Below are positions 1-12,135 of a DNA stretch of 64,000 bases, piece after piece. Below the pieces are notes generated by a model. It was given only the letters and a program-made list of their open reading frames with translations, ran no database searches and was not told the DNA's origin. Position 1 is the first letter of the stretch. Each line of letters opens with the position of its first letter. The DNA lies in the NCBI RefSeq assembly GCF_018350175.1, contig NC_058368.1:202122001-202186000 (forward strand). The letters are read 5' to 3'. Made by a program: the position numbers and the translations under genes. Source of the DNA: Felis catus. Taxonomy: Eukaryota.

Positions 1-424
1 TGGTTGCAGAGTGACCTTGTTGTTCTGGGAGATTCTTTATGTCCAACAAGATAACATGGGCACCAGGATAGCTTCTAAAAGCGCCATGGCCTGTTTGTGT
101 CAGGTTGGCTCTCAGATGTCAGGGATTCCCTTTTCCTTTCTAACATATCTCTTCTAAGAAGGTCAAGTTTCTGAGAGATGAAGCAAGAGTGGAGGAAGGA
201 GCTGAGAAAATCCGTCAGGCTCTCACAGGCTCCTGCCCCTGAAATTTTAGCTGCTTTGTATGTTGAACGTCTTTATAAAATTCCTTCTATTACTTAAACA
301 ATCTTGAAAGCCACTCTGTGCGTGCGTGTGCGCTTTATTAATATATCATGAACTGAGGCAGAGATATGCAATGTGTGGGTTGAACTGCTTTTGGATATGA
401 TCTTGCAAAGAGTAGATGAATTCA

Positions 425-588
425 GGAGCACTTGGGGGCTCAGTCAGTTAAGCTCCGACTTCGGCTCAGGTCATAATCTCATGGTTTGTCAGTTTGAGCC
501 CCATGTTGGGTTCTGTGCTGGCAGCGCAGAGCCTGGAGCTGCTTTGGATTCGGTCTCCTCTCTCTCTGCCCCTCCCCCACTCATGCTC

Positions 589-623
<35 letters not shown>

Positions 624-675
624 TTCTCTTTCTGAATCTCTCTCTCTCTCTGAAAAATAAACATTAAGAAAAAAA
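425..675 (+). mobile_element. CAN-SINE (feline SINEC_Fc-like)
   Basis: tRNA-derived head, (CT)n tract, AATAAA/A tail; TSD aagagtagatgaattca / aagaatagatgaatcca. Confidence 0.93.
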
Positions 676-2368
676 GAATAGATGAATCCAGAAATTACAT
701 CAGCAGAAACTCAGCCCTATCAGTATTCTTTCCACTACATTGTGCTATATATTTTTTTTAATTAGTAGGAATTTGTTTAGTAAATCCCAGATAATACCAC
801 TTCAATGTGCCATATCACCTCATAGGTTTCCCATATTAATGAGCCAGATCATGAGCCAGCATGGAACACATCTGACATAAATTATGTCGGAAAAGTATGT
901 CTTACTTTCATTAAGACATAGAAACTAAGTAAGTGGAAGAAAAGAATGGAATTCATACCTCCATTTTAAATTTAATTTTTATTAATAAAGCCTTCCTTGA
1001 ATATTCCTCTGGAAATCATATTTTCATTTGTTTGTCTACATCTCATCTCTACAAATGGTATTTTCCAGTGTAAGAATTGACACAACTCTCATTCCTTCTT
1101 GTACTAAGTCAGTGGTTCACACGAATGAGGACTCAATGAATAGTTGCCTGTTGCTAACATTTGGAGTCACAACATAGATCTCTGTCATACCTCATTTTGC
1201 TGTAGAATTCGAATAGATTTAATGTTAGTTTTAAATGCCTAAAAGAATATTCATCTTGGGCAGTGGCCTTCAGTTTTTGATGTGTAAGAATATCTCACTT
1301 ATTTTAGTAAAGAAAAGTTTCAATGAAGATATTCGTTTCAGTACAACTTTAAGTAAAATTGGAAACAGTGAGGACTTTAACAAAAAGTGAATGATTAAGT
1401 AAATCAGCATATACTCAAAGCATCCATGAAAAATGAAGATGCTAATGATTACGTGAAAAAAAAATCTTAAATAGGTAGTGATAAGTATAAAGACCGAAAT
1501 ATTAATATGCAAGTCATTCTGATTACAACTCTGGTAAGCTGAACATAGCATATAGAAACTGGTGGAAACTGGTTAAACTCCTGAATGGGAATATAGTTTG
1601 TATTTGCATGGCGGGGCAATATATCTTCATTTTACTTAATGTTTTAAAAATAATCAATTTGGTAAGGTTGTTACATTATTTTACAATAAAAGTTATAAGG
1701 ATATTTATAACTTAACTCAGTTCAAAATTTTATCATATGATAGTTTTTAAATAAAATTTAAATAATATTGAAATTTAAATCTTTCTGAAAACTTCTGTTT
1801 AAAATATCGACCCACGTTTCAAGAGCACAAAAATATAAAATTATATACAGATTTATTAAGAAAAGTAGAACCTGAAATTCCTATCAGAAAGAAAAAAACA
1901 CTGATGATTTTTGCTTCACAGGGAAGCAGTGAGTTTTATAAACTGAATTTAAATTTTAATTCCAATTTGTGACAATTGTGTAACTTCACAGATAGCCAGC
2001 AGGTGTCAGACTCACACTACCTTATACGATACAAAAATTCACGTTGGGCAAAGAGTTGGAGTTTTGTGACTTTTTCGAGATACTCAATAAAGTAAATTGA
2101 ATATAAGGTGGGGGGAAATACATAATTCTATTCTACAAGTTGGGAGAAGAACCTTTAAGACATGCTTTTAGATAAGAACTTGATATTAGTGCACTGATTG
2201 GGAAATGGCAAGATCTGGAAAGTTATTTGGCATTATTTATTCATAGTTGAAATTTAAAAATTCTTATTGCTTGAATTAAAAAATGAGGGAAGCATTTATG
2301 CATGTATATGAAAATGATTTCATAATATTATTAGCTGAGAACCAGCAGTATCCAGTTATCATTACATT

Positions 2369-2394
2369 TGTGTGTGTGTGTGTGTGTGTGTGTG
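2369..2394. repeat. (TG)n microsatellite
   Basis: Perfect TG run. Confidence 0.95.
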
Positions 2395-2451
2395 TATTTG
2401 TAACAGGTATATTGATATATTAAAGGGTCATAATTTTAAAAAGTGTATATA

Positions 2452-2587
2452 CCGACTTTTGACTCATGTCCTGATCTCATGGTTCATATTTTCGAGCCCC
2501 GCGTCGGTCTCTGTCCTGACAAAGAGATCCTGGATCCTGCTTCAGATTCTGTGTCTCCCTTTCTCTCTCTGCCTCTCCCCTACTCAT

Positions 2588-2626
<39 letters not shown>

Positions 2627-2671
2627 AATAAATGAAAAAAAAACATTAAAAATGTTTTAAAAATAAAAAAA
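2452..2671 (+). mobile_element. CAN-SINE, 5'-truncated
   Basis: Starts at cgacttttgactca; (CT)n and A tail; TSD aaaa(g/a)tgtatatac. Confidence 0.9.
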
Positions 2672-2741
2672 TGTATATACATTAAAGGGCATCGCATTAT
2701 TAACAGTGATCATTTATGGATGGTGATACTGTGCTTAAACG

Positions 2742-2970
2742 TTTTCTTTTTAAATTTTTTTAAATGTTTTTATTTGTTTTTTGAGAGAGAGAGAGAGACA
2801 GAGCATGAGCAGGGGAAGGGCAGAGAGAGAGGGAGACATAGAATCTGAAGCAGACTCCAGGCTCTGAGCTGTCAGCACAGAGCTTGATGTGGGGCTTGAA
2901 CCCATGAACCGTGAGATCATGACCTGAGCCGAAGTTGGCTGCCTAACTGACTAAGCCACACAGGCACCCC
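2742..2970 (-). mobile_element. CAN-SINE
   Basis: Poly-T, (GA)n, body ending caggcacccc. Confidence 0.93.
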
Positions 2971-3139
2971 TTTAATACAATACTTTTAACATTAAAAGGA
3001 AGGTAGTTTTGTAGTTTCCCTCACCCTGCTGTCTGCAATGTTTTGTTTAGCCTTTGTTTGACCCTTGAATATAATGGCTCGTTTCTGCTTTTGTTATGTC
3101 ACTTGCTTATTTCTTGTTTTATTTATCAAACACCTAAAA

Positions 3140-3290
3140 AGCACAAATATTAACGTATTAATCCCATAACAACCTTATAAGGTAGGTGCTATCGTTAGTA
3201 CATTAGAAAACTGAGACACAAAGCAGATAAGTGACTCGCTGAGCTCATCATTTAAAATCAAGTAGCCAGATTCCATGTTCTAAACTCCTC
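3140..3290 (-). mobile_element. MIR relic
   Basis: aatcccataacaaccttataaggtagg...gaaaactgagacaca...aagtgact resembles the MIR core. Confidence 0.65.
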
Positions 3291-3762
3291 TGGTAAACCT
3301 AGAAATGCCATATGGATGGATGATAACATTTTTAAAGTGACAAGTGTTTTGAAAATTAGCTAAATACAAGTCTCAGTCAGCAAAAGTTAGATGATGTATA
3401 GAAATACAACTTTATGTTGTTTCTGCCTTTAACACTACTTTAGATCTAGTGGGTTTTTCTGCTGTTTGTATGTCGTTCTTGTGGAAGGAACTGTTCGGCT
3501 GCCTCCAGGGCTGACCAGCTGAGGGAGCTCTCTCCAAGGATTTAATTTACAGCCCTGTCTGTCCATGCATGATAGAGATCTTTTCTTACCCTGGAATATT
3601 GCTGTTTCTGGGCTATTATACTTCTGAAGCAGCATACATACTTGCCTATTCTCAGATCCCACCAATTTATGTGTGGTGTTCATTCTTTTTCAGGCCTCTC
3701 TCGGCTGTTCGGCGTCTGTCCCCTCTTTCTCAGATCCTCTAATCACTCTCAACTAGCATCTC

Positions 3763-3807
<45 letters not shown>

Positions 3808-3871
3808 TTCTTCTTCTTCTTCTTCTTCTTCTTCTTCTTCTTCTTCTTCCTTTTCTCCTCCTCTTCTTCTT
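3763..3871. repeat. (TTTC)n/(TTC)n microsatellite grown from a SINE tail
   Basis: Compound pyrimidine repeat abutting the poly-T of the SINE at 3872. Confidence 0.9.
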
Positions 3872-4088
3872 CTTTTTTTAAATTTTAATGTTTATTTTTG
3901 AGAGAGAGAAACACACAGAGTGTGAGAAGGGGAGGGGCAGAGAGAGAGGGAGACACAGAATCTGAAGCAGGCTCCAGGTTCTGAGCTGTCAGCACAGAGC
4001 CTGATGTGGGGTTCAAACTCAGGAACTATGAGACCATGACCTGAGGTGAAGTCAGATGCTTAAACGACTGAGCCACCCAGGCACCCCT
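3872..4088 (-). mobile_element. CAN-SINE
   Basis: Full body ending ccaggcacccc. Confidence 0.93.
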
Positions 4089-4417
4089 AACATTTCCCTT
4101 TCTTGAGGAAATGAGCATTAGAAAAACCCAGGGAGCTTGAACATGGCAAAAGGCAAATGAGAGTATGGGAGAGAAAATACCAGTAAAACATATTAATATT
4201 TCACAAATATTTTCCAACACATCATGAACTATTAAAAGGAGAGACGCAAATTTTGAAAGTCAAAGGTGTACCTATTACATCATGCAATTTTTATAGATTT
4301 CATATTGCATTATGATCTCAGAGCTTCCCCCAATTTCTGAAATGCATGGGAATAGTTTTGTTTGGTATGGGTGAATAGTAGCCACATAAAGAGTATCATT
4401 TTTGAGTTTCCCTTCTC

Positions 4418-4637
4418 TTTAAAAAATATTTTTTTAACGTTTATTTATTATTGGCAGAGACAGACAGAGCATGAGCATGGGAGGGGCCAAGAGATGGGGA
4501 GACACAGAATCTGAAGCAGGCTCCAGGCTCTGAGCTGTCAGCACAGAGCCCGATGTGGGGTTTGAACTCACGAACCGAGAGATCATGACCTGAGCCAAAG
4601 TCGGACCCTTAACCGACTGAGCCACCCAGGCATCCCT
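4418..4637 (-). mobile_element. CAN-SINE
   Basis: Full body; TSD tcccttctcttt. Confidence 0.93.
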
Positions 4638-4923
4638 CCCTTCTCTTTTTTAAAAAGCTTCATAGAAAAGAGAGAGACAGGGAGACAGTGACAGAGATTG
4701 AGAGAAAAAGAGATTCATAATTACTGTAGGGCAAATTAATCTTTTTCTTGCTGCTATTTCCCAGCTCTCCACTGTTTGGAGCCCTTGTTTCATACTTCAG
4801 CGGGTCTCTTTACTGAGTTTTGTTTAGTTTTTGTATGCTTCTTACAATCTTTTATTTACCTCTTCTTAGCAGTGTCTCATATACGCTATTTCTAGCTTCC
4901 AATAGCATGTGCCTTTTCTGCAG

Positions 4924-5244
4924 AATTACCATTTGGTATACTGCTGCTGGTCTGATTAAAAGGATGAACTCTGTCAGCTAGTGCAGACGGCTTTGCTTAC
5001 TGATACTAAGTTGCACAGGGCACTCACTACTGAAACTATTTTCGAAGCTTCCCTCTGTGAAATATTATGCATTCTGAAGCTTCTGTAGTAGTTTTCAACT
5101 ATCTGTTGAATTGCATTACTGTACTTTGGCTGGAAATCAAGATATGCATGTATAGTTGAGGTTTTGTTGTTGGTTTTGTTCATTTCTTTGCTTGCTTTTT
5201 GATGTGAGCTGACCAGAGATGGACGGTGCACTCTAGAATGAAAG
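4924..5244. other. Unique exon-like segment with splice signals on both strands
   Basis: Plus: cttttctgcag|4924 ... ATGAAAG|gtaaag 5245. Minus: ctttacctttcattctag|5232 ... GTA|gtgagt 5027, enclosing a 68-codon open frame. No homolog recognised. Confidence 0.3.
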
Positions 5245-6510
5245 GTAAAGGCATTGTATGTTACTATAGATGTGCCAGACTATTGTGTCCACTCATTTCT
5301 TGCTAGGGTAGACTTTCATATCTGTTCAGATGAGGATACATGCTTATATATAACACAGCATTCCAGAATAGATTTCCCAAACTTTATGTAGGAAGAGTGT
5401 TCACTTGGGAAATAACAAGCTAGATTATTTATGGGTAAAAGTATTATCTATTCTTTGTACCTTCCAGAAATGTTTGTCCAATAGAGGATAATTTGCATAT
5501 TCCCTAAAATAAAAATCCTGACGGAAGTTACAATTGCTGCCATCAATGACTGGAAAGCTTTTAGAATATTTTACCTTCTAAATAAAGTTCTGAATAGAGC
5601 TACCCCTTTATCAAAAGTGCTTTTTAAAAGTCCCTTAATTGCGAAATCACATAGAAAAGCTTCTAATTGAATATCTTTAGTTCTGAGTACTAAAAACTAC
5701 TAAGCCATTCAAGCAGGCATCAGCTGTCAAGACATAGGGTTTTTAGTCTCCTGTGAACACATGTAATCAGTGCAACCTTTATGGAAATAATTCCATTAAA
5801 TGTTAGAAGTACATTTGAGTGCAGTTTCCATTTTCTAGCGAAATGGCTGTTTTTTTTTTTTTTTGTAAGATTTGTTGGTTTTTATAAGGATTAAATGTTC
5901 TTTTTTTAAAAATTTTAATCATGGACATGAACTAATTTGAGAATAACACAAAAGTTTTCTGAATGAGTTAACCATTATTTCAAATATTTAAAATTTACCT
6001 AAAATTATGATACTAATAATGCTTTATAATTTTTTTTGTTACATTTTGTCCAAGTGCTTCTGATGACAAATATTTCTACATGAAAAGAAAGTCTTAATAA
6101 TAGTCACTAGTAAAGAGAAAAAAGAAAGAAAATAAAAATTCATGTATTAGGAGTTGAAAGTTAGCTAGTAATAAAAGAAGGGAAAAAAAAGAGAGAGAAA
6201 GGAAATATTCATTTCATGAAGGATGACCCAACTTTTTGAGACATGTTTTAAGCTTCTTATGAAATCGGACAGAGAAAATGGACCTTTGGGTATCTAAGCC
6301 CATATAAAAGGCAGTTTAAGCGAAGAATTATCTGTGGTTGAATATACATGTATATGTGTGTGACAACAGGCCAAGCCTATTGTGTTGTTACCCAGGGAGG
6401 GCAGATTCAATGAAGATTTTGATACAGCCCATAGAAAATTTCTCCTTTCTTTTGAAAATCTATGGCTGAATTCTCTGTCTTCTTCCTCTTCTTCTCCCTC
6501 CTTCTCCTTC

Positions 6511-6622
6511 TTTTTTTTTAAGTAGGTTTCTCTCCCAGCACAGAGCCCAACATGGGGCTTGAGATCTAGACCTGAGCTGAGATCGTGAGTCCAATGCTTA
6601 ACCAAGTGAGCCCAGGTGCCTC
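6511..6622 (-). mobile_element. Short, older CAN-SINE
   Basis: cagagcccaacatggggcttga...cccaggtgcc; flanked by ctatggctg(a/g)attct repeats. Confidence 0.8.
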
Positions 6623-7278
6623 CTATGGCTGGATTCTTAAAACCTCCTATGAAGATAGATGACAGTCTTTATTAGCTGTTTTTCTACACACAATATTGTT
6701 TTTTCTTTTTCTTTCTTCCTACCCCCCCCCCGCCCCACCCACTGAGGGGCAGGATTATGGGATATCATTGTTAGAAATAATATTAATTTTTTTTGAGAAA
6801 AAACTTACCAAAAAATCAATAGTTCCCAAACATGCAAAATGTCTGTTCTTTCTCCAGGAAGGCCATCTTATTGATTCCCCTTAATTTCACTTCCACAAGC
6901 TTTTCTTCAATTGCTGAATAAATATAAAATATTTTTGTACAACTCCTCGTCATCAGAGGATATCTAAATGGTCTTGATCTCCATAAAATAACATAATGAT
7001 TTGTGTCACTGTAAGTGTCCCCCCCCCCTTTTTTTATGTAACCACTCAGGTGCCCCTTCTTTTTTTAAGTGTTCCTTAAAACATTTAAATAATTCTATAT
7101 TTTAAAAATCCCTACTGAATTCACAGTATGATCAACCAAACAACTGATAGAAATCTCTTTTCTATAGCATCCAAAGAGAGCTCTTCACTGGACAGATGAT
7201 AACTCAGCTTTGAAACTTGAAAATAAATAGTTTGGCGTTGCTGTGTGAATTAAAAGATCTGTTTTTCATTAGCATGTC

Positions 7279-7408
7279 ATTTTTTAAAGTTTATTAGAAT
7301 TGTCAGCGCAGAGCCCAATGTAGGGCTCAAACCCACAAACCATAAGATCATGACCTGGGGCAAAACCAGGAGTCGGATGCTTAACTGACTCAGCCACCCA
7401 GGTGCTCC
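7279..7408 (-). mobile_element. CAN-SINE lacking the CT tract
   Basis: Head region intact; TSD tagcatgt. Confidence 0.85.
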
Positions 7409-8539
7409 TAGCATGTATTTAGAATGGTCTGATCCTGCCCTTCTCTCTTCTTTAACTCTACTCAAGAGACCATTTCTGCAATGTTACAGAGACTTCTGTC
7501 ACATAAACAAGTCATCTTAACCAACTGATGAGGTGCTTTTCTCCAAGGTCTGTGAATCTTGAATCCAATTTTGCCTTTTGTTCTCTGTATTCTCTAACTT
7601 CCTGCAATAGAACCATCATGCTTCATGCTATTACCCTCTATTGCCGTGGACTGGATGTTGGCTTATAAAAGCAGTATCTGCTGAGATGAGTAAGCTCTCA
7701 TTTATATACAAAAATGATTCCTCCATAGGTTAGTGTCCAAAAATGATGATATATTTTTACGTGTTTCTCTATGCTTTCTTCCTTTGATTTTTCTCACATT
7801 TACGGTTTGGCCAGATGGAATTGGGGGCACAGTCACTGGAACACGCTCTTTGATTGCTAACGCTAGCCCTGACTAAGCACTGATTTGTTCTTAGAATGTG
7901 GCCCGGGCCTAGCCAGTACCAAGCACTTAATAAATGGTTGAATGAATGACTACGTAGAATTTATGGAGGAAGAACAAAAGAAACTAATCGGTCCATGAGG
8001 GAATTGAACTTATAATCTTAGCTTCATCAGTAGAAGTGTTTATGTCCAAACGTAATTGTATGGATTCCACATATTTATTTCATAAAGAAGCTTTGAGCAA
8101 TAGTTTGGCTGGAATCCTCCCCAAATACCATTTTTCTTTCTTTCTTTCTTTTCTCTCTTTTTACCATTTAGTAAATCAAAGTGTGGAAACACCTTTAAAA
8201 TAAAAATTGAGCTCAGACAAGAAAACTAACCATGCTTGTCAGGTTGCTGAATCAAGTCTGTGCATGAAATCTGACAGAACAAGTGCTCTCTGGGGCCCTA
8301 AGTTTGCTCAAGTACATGAATTGCAGCTTAAGCATACAGGCTTCTGGGGAGAAAGCCAGCTACAGACAGTGTCACACTATGCAGGGACATCCCTTGTCAT
8401 TGGCGGGTGGGGGGGGGGGTCAGAGTGTGCTCAATTGCTGAAAACCTCTGTTTATTTGCTCTTAATTTTAAGCCACAAAGTATTAGAGTCTACTCGTCTA
8501 TACTGTCTTATCTTTACCTTATTCAAAGTCCCCTCTTTT

Positions 8540-8751
8540 TTATGTATATATATTTTTTTCTTTTTTGATGTTTATTTATTTTGGGGAGGGTGGGAGGGAG
8601 GGACAGAGAGAGTGGGAGACACAGAATCCAAAGCAGGCTCCAGGCTCTGAGCTGTCAACAGAGCCGGATGCAGGGCTCCAACTTATGAACAGTGAGGTCA
8701 TGACCTGAGCCCAAGTCAGACACTTAACTGACTGAGCCACCCAGGCACCCC
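8540..8751 (-). mobile_element. CAN-SINE (left unit of tandem pair)
   Basis: Body ending ccaggcacccc. Confidence 0.9.
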
Positions 8752-8971
8752 AATGTTTATTTATTTTGAGAGAGAGAGAGAGAGAGAGAGCACATGCATA
8801 TGCATGTGAGTGGGGGAAGGGCAGAGACAGGGAAAGAGAGAGAGAGAACCCCAAGCAGGCTCCACAGCACAGAGCCTGATGCGGGGCTTGAACCCAAAGG
8901 ACTGTGAGATCATGACCTGAGCCAAAATCAAGAGTCAGTTGCTTAATCGACTGAGCTACCCAGGCACCCCC
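8752..8971 (-). mobile_element. CAN-SINE (right unit of tandem pair, different subtype)
   Basis: gagagaaccccaagcaggctcc...aatcaagagtc subtype; caaagtccc..cttt repeat encloses both units. Confidence 0.9.
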
Positions 8972-9329
8972 AAAGTCCCTTCTTTCACAACAGCACCAAC
9001 AGTGAAAAAATCCTGTGTCACATATAAAAGGTTCCTAGCACCTGAATTTATCACATTGTTTAGAAAAAAAACATTCTAAATATAGGATTGCTGTTCTTAC
9101 TACAGATAAATCTCAACTTTCTTAATAACTCCTCCTTTCCAGGAAAGAAATGATGCTGAGAAAATGTGACATTGGACAACAACGTCTTATTCATTATTTA
9201 TGGCACCAAGAAAGAATAAATTACCACATGCATTTAAAATTTTTTAAGTCAGTGTGAAGGTTTCTTCCAGTTCTAATGTCTTGTGATTCTAAGAATAGGG
9301 GATATATTTTAATGGTTGAAATCATAAGA

Positions 9330-9570
9330 GTCATCAATGTTTACTGAGCATTTTCTACGTACTCGACACTGTTAAGTAATTGCCTTGTCACATTTCATTC
9401 TCAGAAAATGTCTACAAGAAAGGCAATGCTATTACAGCCCATGACAAGGTGGGGAAATGAGGATTAATGAGGTTGAGACAGGCCTAAGTTTCCAGAGGAA
9501 AAAAAGTAGAACTGACTTTTGAATGCAGGCAGTTTGATTAAAGGGCCCAAGTTTTAGGCACTCTATACTA
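9330..9570 (-). mobile_element. MIR relic
   Basis: tttactgagca...gacaaggtggggaaatgagg...tttgaatgcaggcagtttga. Confidence 0.6.
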
Positions 9571-9699
9571 GAACCAAAACATTGCAAGCTTTTGTTTGCT
9601 ACTCTAAGATTTTCCCTAAAATGGTTTTATTCACCAAGTATATAGAGTCAATAGAAATTCGGAAGGTAGTATTTATGAGCTAAGAGGGAAGATTAAAGC

Positions 9700-9732
9700 T
9701 TTTTAAAAAAATTCTTTTTAAGTTTATTCATT

Positions 9733-9784
<52 letters not shown>

Positions 9785-9954
9785 TGTAAGCAGGGGAGGG
9801 GCAGAGAGAGAGAGGGAGACACGGAATCTGAAGGAGGTTCCAGGCTCTGAGCTGTCAGCACAGAGCCTGATGTGGGGCTCGAACTCACAAACCTGTGAGA
9901 TCATGACCCGAGCTGACGTCGGACGCTTAACTGACTGAGCCACCCAGGCGTCCC
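9700..9954 (-). mobile_element. CAN-SINE
   Basis: Long (GA)n; TSD gaagattaaagctt / gaagattataactt. Confidence 0.93.
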
Positions 9955-10176
9955 GAAGATTATAACTTCTTTATAGACTCCAGTCTCCCTGTCAAATCTC
10001 CCATAAATGAACAAAAAATGTAAAGAAAAAAAAGAAACTGACCACAAATTTACCATCACCACATAGGGTAAATAGCATCATTTAATTCTAAAACCAGAGC
10101 AAACATACAAACAAAAACCAATGTCTCAGTAAAGAATGAGACATACATTTCTGACCAGAATAGAAAAGCATAGCCT

Positions 10177-10395
10177 GGGGGCGCCTGGGTAGCTCAGTCG
10201 GTTAAGCGTCCGACTTCGGCACAGGTCATGATCTCGCGGTCCGTGAGTTCGAGCCCTGCGTCGGGCTCTGGGCTGATGGCTCAGAGCCTGGAGCCTGCTT
10301 CCGATTCTGTGTCTCCCTCTCTCTCTCTGCCCCTCCCCCGTTTATGTTCTGTCTCTCTCTGTCCCAAAAATAAATAAACTTAAAAAAAAAAAAAA
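10177..10395 (+). mobile_element. Young CAN-SINE
   Basis: CpGs largely retained; perfect TSD agaaaagcatagcctgg. Confidence 0.96.
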
Positions 10396-10736
10396 GAAAA
10401 GCATAGCCTGGTATTGTTCCTTATAGTAACCACAAACCTCAAACGCCTCTTAGTGAGTGGAGAATTTTTACTAATAACCCCAAACCTGGAGAAAAATAGA
10501 ATGTTGATACACTTTCCCCCTAACTTCTAAGGAAGCACAGTGGAGATCCTTTCTGGTAAAGATGAAGTGAAAGAAAATAATAGGCCTTGGGAATTAAAGT
10601 TCTAGCTCTATGTTCTGAACTGGGGAAATGATTCAAAGTTCAAAGGTATTTCTCCTATAGGAATGGCCTGCCCCAGTCTCTAATCCCACTCCAAACTCAA
10701 TGCAATATGGGCTGCTAGATTAAACGTTTATAATGA

Positions 10737-10965
10737 GGGGTGCCTGGGTGGCTCAGTTGCCTGTTTCCAACTTCAGCTCTGGTAATGATCTTGCAGTCTG
10801 TGTTCAAGGCCAGCATCGGACCCTGTGCTGACAGCTCAGAGCTCAGAGCCTGGAACCTGCTTCAGGTTCTGTGTCTCCCTCTCTCTCTCTCTCTCTACTC
10901 TCCCCGACCCAAGCTCTCTTTCTCTCTCTCCCTCCAAAAATAAATAAACAGTAAAACATTTAGAA
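10737..10965 (+). mobile_element. CAN-SINE
   Basis: ggggtgcctgggtggctcag head, CT tract, aataaa tail. Confidence 0.9.
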
Positions 10966-10981
10966 AAATCATATAACAAAC

Positions 10982-11150
10982 AATTATTTATTGTTTATCC
11001 AGAACTCAAATTTAACTGAGTGTCATGTTTTTATTTGCTATAGGATGTGTAGGTAAATTTGGATTTCAGATAAACAATGAATATTATTTTAGAATAAGTA
11101 TATAGAAAATATTGCAAGGGACATACTTATAATAATAAAAATATTGCTGA
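10982..11150. mobile_element. MER53-like MITE pieces
   Basis: aaatttggatttcagataaacaatgaata...gggacatacttata and the complementary arm ttgtttatccagaactcaaatttaactg match the recalled MER53 consensus. Confidence 0.7.
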
Positions 11151-11267
11151 TCTTAATCTGTTTTTCTTCATTTCAACATTGATGAGATTCTTTAGGAAAT
11201 AATATTTCTTGTAGTGAAGATATATTCAAAGTTTTAGTTTTATTTTTTCCTTATTAAATTAAGTACA

Positions 11268-11431
11268 GGGGCTCCTGGATGGCTCAGTTGGTTAAGTGTC
11301 CGACTTGAGCTCAGGTCATGATCTCATGGCTTGTGAGTTTGAGCCCCACATCGGGCTCTGTGTTGACAGCTCAGAGCCTGGAGCCTGCTTCATATTCTGT
11401 CTCTCTTTCTCTTGGCCCCTTCCCTGCTTAT

Positions 11432-11473
<42 letters not shown>

Positions 11474-11495
11474 AGAAATAAACATTAAAAACATT
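11268..11495 (+). mobile_element. CAN-SINE
   Basis: Full body; TSD ttaaattaagtaca. Confidence 0.93.
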
Positions 11496-11894
11496 TAAAT
11501 TAAGTACAAATAAATGAAATGTTTTAAATTAAAAAAAAACCCTCTTTATTCTGATTTTTTTTTAATAAAAATAGTCCTGACATCTATCTACTATCTTCTT
11601 AGTGATTTATGTACTGGTCTACCTTGTACATTTCCACTTTCCTATCTGCGTATTCCAAAAAATTAGGATGATATTACCTAATAGCAACGATGATAAATTT
11701 TCAGTGGTTGTTTCAGGGTAAGTTTAAGGTTTTTTTGTACTTTCTGTACTGTTTGATTCTGTATGAGTATATATAATGTTCATAGAAACAAGAGAGCAAA
11801 TAAAAGAGATAACTGTGATCCAAAAAATAAGATGTTAAGAGTGGAAAATCTGGGTCATGAGTAATTATTTTCTTACGTATTGTTCTATTTTCTT

Positions 11895-11928
11895 TTTTCT
11901 TTTTTAAAAATTTTAATGTTTATTTATT

Positions 11929-11979
<51 letters not shown>

Positions 11980-12120
11980 GAGGAAGACACAGAATCTGAA
12001 GCAGAATCCAGACACTGAGCTGTCAGTACAGATCCTGATGTGGGGCTTCAACTCATGAACCATGAGATCAAGACCTGAGCTGAAGTCAGAAACTTAACCA
12101 ACTGAGCCACCCAGGTGCCC
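11895..12120 (-). mobile_element. CAN-SINE
   Basis: (GA)n, body ending ccaggtgccc; TSD tctattttctt. Confidence 0.92.
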
Positions 12121-12135
12121 TAAGTCTATTTTCTT

